Positions 1 to 8,364 of a stretch of DNA of 64,000 nt are shown here, piece by piece. The stretch comes from Gammaproteobacteria bacterium. GTDB lineage: Bacteria; Pseudomonadota; Gammaproteobacteria; GCA-001735895. Both the position numbers and the translations under genes were made by a program. The stretch's first letter is position 1, and each line of letters opens with the position of its first letter. The notes under the pieces were generated by a model. The model was not told the origin of the DNA. It made no database searches and saw only the letters and a program-made list of their open reading frames with translations. Where the stretch lies: the NCBI GenBank assembly GCA_026989015.1, contig JALSKD010000016.1, positions 21,710 through 85,709 on the forward strand, read 5' to 3'.

Positions 1-1
1 G

Positions 2-115
2 CCAATGATGCAGAAGATGATGAAAAAACGCGACCGGCACTGGCAGCAGGTGGAGCAGCGACTGGCGAATATCGAGGCGTTGCTGCAGCAACTGGTCGAT
101 CTGCAGAAAAAATGA
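2..115 (+). CDS. 3' end of a coiled-coil protein (C-terminal fragment; gene begins upstream of window)
   Basis: Open frame 2 runs from the window edge to TGA at 113-115; the translation ...MMQKMMKKRDRHWQQVEQRLANIEALLQQLVDLQKK is heptad-like. Identity (ZapA/UbiK-like?) is not established. Confidence 0.3.
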   Translation, partial: PMMQKMMKKRDRHWQQVEQRLANIEALLQQLVDLQKK

Positions 116-210
116 TTCAGTCAATCCGCCGTTCGTTTCCTCGAGGCGAACGGCGGCGGGGGGCAGCGTCTGGAGGGGCGTTGTTCGTCGTCAGCAGTTG
201 ACCCTTCCGA

Positions 211-475
211 GGGAAGTTCTGACCCATTCGGGTATACCTCTGGCTCACAGGCGGGTTCGCTATCAAGGCGTGGCTGTGAAAGCAGGCTGGTTGCCTGGTG
301 AACAGCCGCAACGCAGAGAGCGGATTCGCCTGTGAGCCCCGCAGGGCGCGCCCTGAAGCACGCATCCACGGTGTTGCGCTTCTTGCCAAGGGCCGGGCCA
401 TTGGCGGCGAAGCGCGCCTTGTGGCTGCATGCTTCAGAGTGCGCAGAGGCATGCCCGAATGGGTCAGAGCTTCCC
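211..475 (+). ncRNA. Candidate structured non-coding RNA. The 5' and 3' ends form a ~32-bp closing stem, and there are nested internal hairpins. Alternatives: 6S-like RNA, a regulatory leader, or a MITE-like element.
   Basis: 211-242 (GGGAAGTTCTGACCCATTCGGGTATACCTCTG) is complementary to 444-475, with 2 G-U wobbles and 1 mismatch. There are internal inverted repeats: CTCACAGGCG (~244-253) with CGCCTGTGAG (~326-335), and the palindrome CAGGGCGCGCCCTG. A strong terminator follows immediately. The ORFs here (298..495, 332..649) cross the terminator and look non-coding. Confidence 0.3.
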
Positions 476-494
476 AGGTGTGTGTGCGGCCTTA

Positions 495-537
495 GGGGCG
501 CCTCTCGTCCACCCGGATGTCGGGCGCCCCTCTTTTT
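495..537 (+). terminator. Rho-independent terminator
   Basis: GGGGCGCC ... GGCGCCCC inverted repeat (8-bp GC stem) followed by TCTTTTT. Confidence 0.6.
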
Positions 538-632
538 AAGGACCCACCTTGAAGGGGTCACCGAAAAACAATGTACCCGCATGGTTTTTCGATGGTTCCT
601 GCAGATCGGTCAACCGACCGGGAGGAAAGAGA

Positions 633-875
633 ATGGGTATGGAAGGTGAAGGCATGGGCTTTGGATTCAGTTTCGGCTGGTTGTTCATGATCGGAATCTG
701 GGTGCTGATCGGCCTGGTGGTCATGGCCATGTTGCGCGCCTTTTCCGGGCCGCAAAAGGGCCCGGTCGATGAACGCAGGCGGGCACTCGACATACTCAAC
801 GAGCGCTATGCGCGCGGCGAAATCGATCAACAGGAATACCGGCGCATGAAACATGAAATCAATGAGCGTTACTGA
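633..875 (+). CDS. SHOCT-domain small membrane protein
   Basis: GGGAGGA RBS before the ATG at 633. One TM helix (FGFSFGWLFMIGIWVLIGLVVMAML), then a C-terminal SHOCT-like motif: ALDILNERYARGEIDQQEYRRMKHEI. Confidence 0.55.
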   Translation: MGMEGEGMGFGFSFGWLFMIGIWVLIGLVVMAMLRAFSGPQKGPVDERRRALDILNERYARGEIDQQEYRRMKHEINERY

Positions 876-881
876 ACGGAC

Positions 882-1214
882 ATGAAGACGAAAAAAAGGT
901 CTCTGACCCGTTACCTTGACATCAGAACAGAGCTGGATGATTCACGGGCGAAAGCCGTGTTGCAGGCATTGCGTGAACAGCTTGGAGTCGAGGAGGTGGA
1001 GTTGACCAAAAACCGGATGAGGCTCCGCTACGACCCCTTGCAGACCCGCATGGATCATCTGCAGGCGTTGCTCAAAGAACGGTCGGTAGAGCTTTCCCGC
1101 AGCTGGATTCATTCCTGCCGCCTGGCCTGGTACCAATATCAGGACGAAGCGGTCTGCGAGAACGCCGGTGCGCCGCCTCCTGCCTGCTGCAACAGGCCAC
1201 CGCGACCGCGCTGA
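882..1214 (+). CDS. HMA-like (ferredoxin-fold, heavy-metal-associated-like) protein with degenerate metal site and Cys-rich C-terminal tail
   Basis: ...VELTKNRMRLRYDPLQTRMDHLQALLKE... resembles an HMA domain, but the CxxC is replaced. The C-terminus is CRLAWYQYQDEAVCENAGAPPPACCN. It sits 6 nt after the SHOCT gene and overlaps the next gene. Confidence 0.4.
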   Translation: MKTKKRSLTRYLDIRTELDDSRAKAVLQALREQLGVEEVELTKNRMRLRYDPLQTRMDHLQALLKERSVELSRSWIHSCRLAWYQYQDEAVCENAGAPPPACCNRPPRPR

Positions 1215-1245
1215 CATGAACCCGGAAGCTCAAAAGGGGCAGGGT

Positions 1246-1941
1246 ATGACTACCGTGCTGTTGCCTCGCCTTGTTTTGGCCGTTCTGCTGCTGGTGCTGT
1301 TCTGGCTGTTGATCGGTCAGCGTATCGGTCATGACCTCCTCGCCGATCCGCAGGCATTGATCGACAACCTGAGGGGCAGCGGATGGCGGGGGCCGGCCGC
1401 GATCATCGGGTTGATGATGCTGGCCGTGGTGCTCAATCCGCTACCCAGCGCGCCCGTCGCACTGGCCGCCGGCGCACTCTATGGCCACGGCTGGGGCATG
1501 CTTTATGTCGTGATTGGAGCGACGCTGGGCGCTGTTCTGGCCTTTCTGATTGCGCGCCATGTGGCGGCCGACTGGGTGGAGTCGCGGCTCGGACGCTTTG
1601 CCACCTGGCAGCGCTGGAACGACCAGAACCGGCTGATGGTCGTGGTGCTGATTGCCCGGCTCTTGCCCTTTGTGTCCTTCGATCTCGCCAGCTATGCGGC
1701 CGGTGTGACCCGCTTGAGCCTGTGGCGATTCCTGCTGGCAACGGTGATCGGCCTGTTGCCGGGCAGTTTCTTGCTGGCCCATGTGGGCGGGGCGATGACG
1801 GCGGGCGACCGGGTGTTTGCCGGGCTGTCCGTTTTGGCTCTGGGCGTGCTGACCCTGCTGCCAGTAGCCTGGGGATGGTGGCGTCAGCGCCGTTTGCGGG
1901 TGCCGGGCGTCGATACTGAAATCAAGGTACACAAGTCATGA
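1246..1941 (+). CDS. TVP38/TMEM64 (DedA/SNARE-associated) family membrane protein
   Basis: Multi-TM translation with a typical DedA core (...GALYGHGWGMLYVVIGATLGAVLAFLIARH..., ...LLPFVSFDLASYAAGVTRLSLWRFLLATVIG...). RBS before the ATG at 1246. The stop overlaps the next start (ATGA). Confidence 0.7.
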   Translation: MTTVLLPRLVLAVLLLVLFWLLIGQRIGHDLLADPQALIDNLRGSGWRGPAAIIGLMMLAVVLNPLPSAPVALAAGALYGHGWGMLYVVIGATLGAVLAFLIARHVAADWVESRLGRFATWQRWNDQNRLMVVVLIARLLPFVSFDLASYAAGVTRLSLWRFLLATVIGLLPGSFLLAHVGGAMTAGDRVFAGLSVLALGVLTLLPVAWGWWRQRRLRVPGVDTEIKVHKS

Positions 1942-2342
1942 ACATGAGGATTCGATGGGTGATCGTGACGCTGCTGGCTGCGGGTCTGCTGAGCGGCTGT
2001 GAGCGTGGTGAACGGGCGGCCGGCGCCAATCCGCTGCATCTGCCACCGCCCGGTTTCGTGGGTGACGGGCGCAAGGGCGCTGTCGTCTATCGCCAGAATT
2101 GCCAGACCTGCCACGGCGCGGGTGCCGCCGGTACCGATCAGGGGCCATCACTGCTGCGCGACATCTACGCGCCCGGGCGTCACGCCAACCTGGCGTTTCA
2201 CCTGGCGGTCAAGAACGGGGTCAAGGCCCATCACGACAACAAGGGCGACATGCCTCCGCTGGAGGTTTCCCCCGAGGATGTCGAGCATGTGATCCAGTAT
2301 GTGCGCGAACTGCAGGTCAAGGCCGGGGTGTTCAGGCCGTGA
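1938..2342 (+). CDS. Monoheme c-type cytochrome, lipoprotein
   Basis: Lipobox LLSGC, then the heme-binding motif CQTCH. ATGA overlaps with both flanking genes. Confidence 0.75.
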   Translation: MNMRIRWVIVTLLAAGLLSGCERGERAAGANPLHLPPPGFVGDGRKGAVVYRQNCQTCHGAGAAGTDQGPSLLRDIYAPGRHANLAFHLAVKNGVKAHHDNKGDMPPLEVSPEDVEHVIQYVRELQVKAGVFRP

Positions 2343-3082
2343 TGGAATTGTCGCTGCTTGGCCTGTTCACGGCTTTCGGTGCCGGGGTGATTTCCTTTCT
2401 CTCACCCTGCGTGCTGCCACTGGTGCCGGGCTATGTCTCCTGGATCGGTGGTGTATCCGCACGAGGCAAGGGTCAGGGCCGCCGTCTGCGCGAACGCCTG
2501 TCCACCCTGTTGTTGAGTTTCAATTTCGTGCTCGGTTTCTCGACCGTGTTCATTGCCTTTGGCGCATCGGCCAGTTTCATCGGTCAATGGCTGGCGGCCT
2601 GGCGCGCCGAAATGAACACCGTCGGCGGCATCATCATCATCCTGTTCGGCCTGTTCATTTCCGGCCTGGTCCGTTTCGACTGGATGCAGCGCGACCGCCG
2701 CTATCACGGGCAACTGGCGGGCGGCCCGGGGCTGGCCGCCTACCTGCTCGGTCTGGCCTTCGCCTTCGGCTGGACCCCATGCATTGGCCCGATACTGGGC
2801 GCCATCCTGACCCTGAGCGCCACCACCTCCAGCTTGGTCAACGAGGGCACCACCCTGCTGGCGTTCTATTCGCTGGGGCTCGGACTTCCGTTCATGCTGG
2901 CGGCGCTGTTTACCGAGGGCTTCATTCGGCGCCTGCAGCGGCTCAAGACCCAGGGTCTGTGGCTGCAGCGCCTTGCCGGTGCGCTGATGATCCTGATGGG
3001 AATCGCCATGATCACCGGTTATCTGACCGATTTTTCAATATGGATCCTGAAAACCTTTCCCTGGCTGGGAACGCTGGGATAA
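2342..3082 (+). CDS. ccdA: Cytochrome c biogenesis / thiol-disulfide transmembrane electron transporter CcdA (DsbD core family)
   Basis: MELSLLGLFTAFGAGVISFLSPCVLPLVPGYVSW... and a second conserved Cys region ...GWTPCIGPILGAIL... in a 6-TM protein. Confidence 0.8.
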   Translation: MELSLLGLFTAFGAGVISFLSPCVLPLVPGYVSWIGGVSARGKGQGRRLRERLSTLLLSFNFVLGFSTVFIAFGASASFIGQWLAAWRAEMNTVGGIIIILFGLFISGLVRFDWMQRDRRYHGQLAGGPGLAAYLLGLAFAFGWTPCIGPILGAILTLSATTSSLVNEGTTLLAFYSLGLGLPFMLAALFTEGFIRRLQRLKTQGLWLQRLAGALMILMGIAMITGYLTDFSIWILKTFPWLGTLG

Positions 3083-3106
3083 CCCCGTACACAAGAGGAG
3101 AACACG

Positions 3107-4231
3107 ATGAAAACAGCAACGAGATTATTGAGCGCCACCGCCTTGCTGTGGCTGGCGGTGCAACCTCTGCAGGCGGCCGAGCGCTGGTACAGTGAGCAGC
3201 AGGTGAAAAAGGGCGCAGACCTGTTCGCGCAGAACTGCGCCTCCTGTCATGGTGCAAAGGGCGAGGGCACGAAAAACTGGAAAACCCCCGATGACAACGG
3301 CGTCTATCCGCCGCCCCCCATCAACGGCAAGGGCCATGCCTGGCATCATGACCTGGCCCTGCTGCGCGGCACGGTCAAAAACGGCGGCAAGCCGGTGGGC
3401 GGAACCATGCCGGCATTTGGGGACAGGCTGTCGAAGGAAGACATCGATGCGGTCATCGCCTATGTGCAATCACTCTGGCCGGAGGAGATTTACCAGCGCT
3501 GGGCCAGCCGCGGTGAACCCCGCGCCGACGCGCCCGACCAGCCGCAATCGCTGAGCGCCCAGCTGCAACCGGGCAAGCGCGCAGTGACCCGGCTGCTGGA
3601 ACAACGCCTGGGACAGCCGGTGCCACCGGCGGTGGAGACGCCGGTCAAGGGCATCTATCAGACCCGTCTGGGCGCCAATATCGGCTACCTCACCGAGGAC
3701 GGACGCTACATCTTCATGGGCCAACTGGTGGACCTGAAGACCGGCGCCAACCTGACCGAAACCGCCAAGCGCGCGGCGGTGACCGACAAACTGGCCGAGG
3801 TGGCGCAGAAGGACAAGGTGATCTATCCGGCCAGTGGCGAGGAGAAGGCCGTGCTGACCGTATTCACCGACACCACCTGCCCCTATTGCCGCAAGCTGCA
3901 CAAAGAGGTTCCGGAGTTGAACAAGGCCGGCATCAGCGTGCATTATCTGCCGTTTCCCCGTGGCGGTGCCGCCGGGCCCGGATACACTTCGCTGAAACAG
4001 GTATGGTGCGCCCAGGACCGCCGGAAAGCCATGAGCATCGCCAAGCAGCAGATGGCGGGCGACCTGCCCGATCCCGATTGCGCGGCCGCGGCAATGGTGG
4101 ACCGGGGATACCGTCTGGGCAATGAAGTGGGCGTCACCGGCACCCCGGCCCTGTTCAAGTCCAACGGCCAGAAGATCGAGGGCTATGTACCCTATCAGCA
4201 ACTGATTCCGATGGTATTGGGCAATTCATAG
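3107..4231 (+). CDS. Secreted fusion protein: N-terminal monoheme cytochrome c domain + C-terminal DsbC/DsbG-type thiol:disulfide interchange domain
   Basis: Signal peptide. CASCH heme motif near the N-terminus. C-terminal thioredoxin-fold with CPYC (TDTTCPYCRKLH) and DsbC/G-like flanking sequence (…ISVHYLPFP…GTPALF…). Confidence 0.75.
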   Translation: MKTATRLLSATALLWLAVQPLQAAERWYSEQQVKKGADLFAQNCASCHGAKGEGTKNWKTPDDNGVYPPPPINGKGHAWHHDLALLRGTVKNGGKPVGGTMPAFGDRLSKEDIDAVIAYVQSLWPEEIYQRWASRGEPRADAPDQPQSLSAQLQPGKRAVTRLLEQRLGQPVPPAVETPVKGIYQTRLGANIGYLTEDGRYIFMGQLVDLKTGANLTETAKRAAVTDKLAEVAQKDKVIYPASGEEKAVLTVFTDTTCPYCRKLHKEVPELNKAGISVHYLPFPRGGAAGPGYTSLKQVWCAQDRRKAMSIAKQQMAGDLPDPDCAAAAMVDRGYRLGNEVGVTGTPALFKSNGQKIEGYVPYQQLIPMVLGNS

Positions 4232-4298
4232 CGTATATCATGGATTGCTTATGTACAGTGACCGGTTATGATGCGTTTTTGACCCAGGAGTATTCCCG

Positions 4299-6509
4299 AT
4301 GAGTGAACCCATCCGCCTCTCCATCGCCGGCATGGCCTGTGCCGGCTGCGTCTCCGCCGTCGAGAACGCGCTGAAGGAAGTGCCCGGTGTCGAGGAAGCC
4401 ACGGTCAACCTGGGCGAGCGCACCGCCACGGTGACCGGAACCGCGGATGCCGATGCGTTGATCGCTGCAGTGAAAAAGGCCGGCTACGATGCCGCCGAAT
4501 TGCGCGGCCTGGAAGACGAGCAGGAAAAGGAAAACCTGGAGCTTCAGGAATACCGCAAGCTGTGGTGGCGCGCCCTCGTCGCAGGCGGCATCGGTGCCGC
4601 CATGTTCATCGGCGGCGCGCTGGGCCTGTTCCCGGAGATCGAGGAATCCCCGGGCTTCTGGATGTTCCTGAGTCTGGTGACGCTGGGCGTGCTCACCCTG
4701 GTCGGCGGACATTTTTTCAGGGGAGCACTGGCTTCGCTGCGCGCCGGGCGCGGCAACATGGATACTCTGGTGGCGCTGGGCACCGGCTCCGCCTGGCTCT
4801 ACTCCACCGTGGTGGTGCTGTTTCCCGACAGCCTGCCCAGCCTGGCGCGGCACGCCTATTTCGATGCCGCGGTCATCATCGTCGGCCTGGTATCGCTCGG
4901 CTCCGCGCTGGAAACCAAGGCACGGGGCAAGACCTCCGAAGCCATCAAGCACCTGATCGGCCTGCAACCGGCCACCGCCCGCGTCATCCGCAACGGCGAG
5001 GAGATCGACCTGCCGGTGGAGGAAATCGGCCTCGAGGAAACCATTCGCATCCGTCCCGGCGAACGCATCCCGGTGGACGGCGAAATCTTCGAGGGCGAAT
5101 CCCATGTGGACGAGTCCATGCTTACCGGCGAACCCATGCCGGTCTCCAAGAAAGTGGGTGATGCGGTCTACAGCGGCACCCTGAACACCTCCGGCAGCTT
5201 TCTGATGAAGGCCACCAAGATCGGCAAGGACACCGCGCTCGCCCACATCATCGAGCTGGTGCGCCAGGCCCAGTCCAGCAAGCCGCAAATCGGCCGCCTG
5301 GTGGACAAGGTGGCCGCCATCTTCGTGCCGGTGGTGGTGACCATTGCCGTCATCAGCTTCATCGTCTGGTACCTCTGGGGTCCCGAACCCAGCCTTGCCT
5401 ACGCCATGGTCTCGGCCATGACCGTGCTGGTCATCGCCTGCCCCTGCGCGCTCGGCCTGGCCACCCCCATCTCGATCATGGTCGGCGTCGGCCGTGCCGC
5501 CGAGATGGGTGTACTGATCCGCAATGGCGAAGCCCTGCAAAGCGCCAGCCAGCTCGGCACCATCGTGGTGGACAAGACCGGCACCGTTACCGAAGGCCGC
5601 CCACGGCTGACCACGCTGCTGCCGCAGCCCGGCTTCGACGAGAGCGAAGCCCTGCAGCGCGCCGCCGCGCTGGAAACCGGCTCCGAACACCCGTTGGCCG
5701 CCTCCATACTCGAAGCGGCGCGTGAGCGGGGTATCGAGGCCACGGCGGTCGAAGGGTTCCGGGCCGTCTCCGGCTTCGGCGTCGAGGGCGAACGCGACGG
5801 CCACCGCCTGATCCTCGGCAACGCACGGTTCATGAAGCAGCAGGCCGTTGATCTGGGTGACAGCGAAGCCCGCGCCGAGCAGCTGGCCGCATCCGGCGAA
5901 ACCCCCATCTACCTCGCCGAGGATGGCCGGCTGGTCGCCCTGCTGGGCATCTCCGATCCGCCACGGGAAGACTCGAAACAGGCCATCGAACGCCTGCACC
6001 GCCTGGGACTCACCGTCATCATGCTCACCGGCGACAACGCCCGCACCGCGCGCGCCATCGCCGACCGCGTCGGCATCGACGAAGTCATCGCCGAAGTATT
6101 GCCCGAAGACAAGACCGGCAAGATCACCGAACTGCAGGCCCGCGGCCGCAAGGTGGCGATGGTCGGCGACGGCATCAACGACGCCCCGGCGCTGGCCCAG
6201 GCCAATGTCGGCATCGCCGTCGGCAGCGGCGCCGATGTGGCCATCGAATCCGCCGACATCGCGCTGATGCGCAACTCCCTCAACGGCGTAGCCGACGCCA
6301 TCGCCCTGTCGCGTGCCACCCTGCGCAACATCAAGCAGAACCTGTTCGGCGCCTTCATCTACAATGTGCTCGGCATCCCCGTCGCCGCCGGCGTGCTCTA
6401 CCCCTTCTACGGCATCCTGCTCAGCCCCATCATCGCCGCCGCCGCCATGAGCATGAGCTCGGTCACCGTCGTCACCAACGCCCTGCGCCTGCGCAAGCAG
6501 CGTCTGTGA
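4299..6509 (+). CDS. copA: Copper-translocating P1B-type ATPase
   Basis: N-terminal HMA with GMACAGC; the CPC transmembrane motif; DKTGT phosphorylation site; GDGINDAP. Confidence 0.9.
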   Translation: MSEPIRLSIAGMACAGCVSAVENALKEVPGVEEATVNLGERTATVTGTADADALIAAVKKAGYDAAELRGLEDEQEKENLELQEYRKLWWRALVAGGIGAAMFIGGALGLFPEIEESPGFWMFLSLVTLGVLTLVGGHFFRGALASLRAGRGNMDTLVALGTGSAWLYSTVVVLFPDSLPSLARHAYFDAAVIIVGLVSLGSALETKARGKTSEAIKHLIGLQPATARVIRNGEEIDLPVEEIGLEETIRIRPGERIPVDGEIFEGESHVDESMLTGEPMPVSKKVGDAVYSGTLNTSGSFLMKATKIGKDTALAHIIELVRQAQSSKPQIGRLVDKVAAIFVPVVVTIAVISFIVWYLWGPEPSLAYAMVSAMTVLVIACPCALGLATPISIMVGVGRAAEMGVLIRNGEALQSASQLGTIVVDKTGTVTEGRPRLTTLLPQPGFDESEALQRAAALETGSEHPLAASILEAARERGIEATAVEGFRAVSGFGVEGERDGHRLILGNARFMKQQAVDLGDSEARAEQLAASGETPIYLAEDGRLVALLGISDPPREDSKQAIERLHRLGLTVIMLTGDNARTARAIADRVGIDEVIAEVLPEDKTGKITELQARGRKVAMVGDGINDAPALAQANVGIAVGSGADVAIESADIALMRNSLNGVADAIALSRATLRNIKQNLFGAFIYNVLGIPVAAGVLYPFYGILLSPIIAAAAMSMSSVTVVTNALRLRKQRL

Positions 6510-6624
6510 ACCGGTCCCGGGCGTGGCTTGTCCCGCCCGGATGCCCGGTCGGTGAACCCGGTCACGCACGATGCCGGGCAATGCCTTATCATCGCGGTTT
6601 TACGCAGCTCAAGGGACCATCGCG

Positions 6625-7515
6625 ATGCGCAATGTGCTGACCATCGATGTCGAGGACTACTTTCAGGTGGCTTCGCTGGCCGAACGCATCCGGCCGGAGG
6701 ACTGGGACGGAATAGCGCCGCGGGTGGAGGACAATGTGCGCCGCCTGCTGGATCTGTTCGACCGTCATCAGGTGAAGGCGACCCATTTCGTGCTCGGCTG
6801 GATCGCCGAGCGCTTTCCGCAGCTGATCCGCGAAATCGACGCGCGCGGACACGAGATCGCCAGCCACGGCTACAGCCACCAGCTGATCTACAGCCAGACG
6901 CCGGAGGTGTTCGCGCGCGAGACGCGGGATTCCAAGGCCCTCTTGGAAGACATCACCGGCAAGCCGGTGGAAGGCTACCGCGCCGCCAGCTATTCGATCA
7001 CCCGCAAGTCGCTGTGGGCGCTGGATATCCTCGCCGAGGCGGGGTTCATCTACGATTCAAGCATCTTTCCAGTGGTGCATGACCGCTACGGCATCAAGGG
7101 TTCACCGGAGCGGCCGCACCGTCTGCGCACGCCGCAGGGGCATTCGCTGGTGGAGTTTCCGTTGTCCACCTACCGCCTGTTGGGGCAGACCCTGCCGGTG
7201 GCCGGAGGCGGGTATTTCCGCCTCTACCCCTATGCGCTGAGCCGCCATTTCTACCGTGCGCTGAACCGTGCCCGCACGCCCTTCGTGTTCTATCTGCATC
7301 CCTGGGAGATCGATCCGGCTCAGCCGCGTGTGGACGGCCTGAGCCGTTTGTCCCGCTTCCGCCATTACAATAATCTGGACGATTGCGAACGCCGCCTCGA
7401 CCGCTTGCTGTCGGAGTTCGATTTCGAGCCGATGAAGCCGCATCTGCAGCGGCTGGGGATGTTCGACGATGCTCTGCCGCCAAAGGCGGATTACGGTGTT
7501 GAGCGGGCTGCCTGA
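6625..7515 (+). CDS. Polysaccharide deacetylase family protein (DUF3473 / PEP-CTERM-locus-type subfamily)
   Basis: MRNVLTIDVEDYFQV... NodB-like start and ...ASHGYSHQLIY...; the C-terminal DUF3473-like region is conserved. Confidence 0.7.
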   Translation: MRNVLTIDVEDYFQVASLAERIRPEDWDGIAPRVEDNVRRLLDLFDRHQVKATHFVLGWIAERFPQLIREIDARGHEIASHGYSHQLIYSQTPEVFARETRDSKALLEDITGKPVEGYRAASYSITRKSLWALDILAEAGFIYDSSIFPVVHDRYGIKGSPERPHRLRTPQGHSLVEFPLSTYRLLGQTLPVAGGGYFRLYPYALSRHFYRALNRARTPFVFYLHPWEIDPAQPRVDGLSRLSRFRHYNNLDDCERRLDRLLSEFDFEPMKPHLQRLGMFDDALPPKADYGVERAA

Positions 7516-7530
7516 AGACGGCTGAGGCGC

Positions 7531-8364
7531 TCAGCGCAGGGAGAAGGTGAGGTTGGCCCAGTGGCTCTGCCACTCGGCGTTCGGGTCCAGGCTGTCGCTG
7601 GAGTAGGGGAGGATCTTGACCGCCTTGAGCATCCAGTCACCGGCGCGGTCGAGGGTGATGCTCACCCGGCCTTCGGCATCCGTCCGCGCCTGCTGTTTTT
7701 CCTCCGGTGCGCCGCGAGTGAAGGCGATCAGCAGCAGGTCCTCGGCCGGCTTTCCCCGGTAGAGCAGCCGCACCGTCAGACGGTCACCGGGCTTGAGGCG
7801 GCAGGGGTTGACTTCGGGGACGATCTCCAGGGTCTGGCCGACGGCCAGGGTGGAGGCATCCAGGGTGAAGGCATCACCGGCCTGCACCAGGGCCTTGCTG
7901 TGGCGCTGGTAGCGCTCCAGCCCGCGCCGGTTTTCCTCTCCGCGTTCGCGACGCAGCGCGAGGGCATTGTCCAACCCTTCCATGATCAGGTACTTGCGGA
8001 AGGTTTGCGGGTCGATATCGACGAAGCTGAAGGTGCTCTGGTAGGTGACCAGCCAGGTGCCGGGGCGGTCGGGGATGAAACGGCCGGCCGGGTCGTCGCC
8101 CAGCGCGCCGGGCATGGGGCGTGATTCGCCGGGCAGGTGCAGCGAGAAGTCTTCGTACCAGTTGCGGATGTTGGGCAGGCTGTCGCCGACGAAGTCGGCG
8201 CCCACATGGATCGAAACATCGACAGGCTGTCCCACCGGCGTATAAAATGGATGCGCCTCGAGCCAGAAGTCGTGGGCCTGTGCCGTTGCGGCCCATGCGA
8301 TGGCGACCAGCCCCCATCTTGCCACACCCGTTATTCCCCGGAAAATCCCATGCGCCCTGTTCAT
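7531..8364 (-). CDS. DUF4198 family periplasmic protein (nickel/cobalt-uptake-associated family)
   Basis: Signal peptide, then ...AHDFWLEAHPFYTPVGQPVDVSIHVGADF.... The ATG at 8364 would overlap the divergent gene start; an in-frame GTG at ~8325 is an alternative start. The upper part of the long minus ORF (to 9384) is antisense noise. Confidence 0.55.
   Translation of the reverse strand: MNRAHGIFRGITGVARWGLVAIAWAATAQAHDFWLEAHPFYTPVGQPVDVSIHVGADFVGDSLPNIRNWYEDFSLHLPGESRPMPGALGDDPAGRFIPDRPGTWLVTYQSTFSFVDIDPQTFRKYLIMEGLDNALALRRERGEENRRGLERYQRHSKALVQAGDAFTLDASTLAVGQTLEIVPEVNPCRLKPGDRLTVRLLYRGKPAEDLLLIAFTRGAPEEKQQARTDAEGRVSITLDRAGDWMLKAVKILPYSSDSLDPNAEWQSHWANLTFSLR

Noticed and set aside
198-216. 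CueR-like dyad CTTCC-gag-GGAAG next to TTGACC
   Set aside because: The palindrome spacing is 3 nt rather than 7, and there is no -10 hexamer 19 bp downstream of the TTGACC. It more likely forms part of the RNA closing stem.
298-649. ORFs 298..495 and 332..649 in the leader region
   Set aside because: Embedded in or crossing the intrinsic terminator at 495-537. The region is better explained as structured RNA.
4266-6581. 771-aa minus-strand ORF
   Set aside because: Exactly antisense to copA. Gly/Ala/Asp/Arg-rich translation typical of high-GC antisense frames. copA motifs (CPC, DKTGT) are unambiguous on the plus strand.
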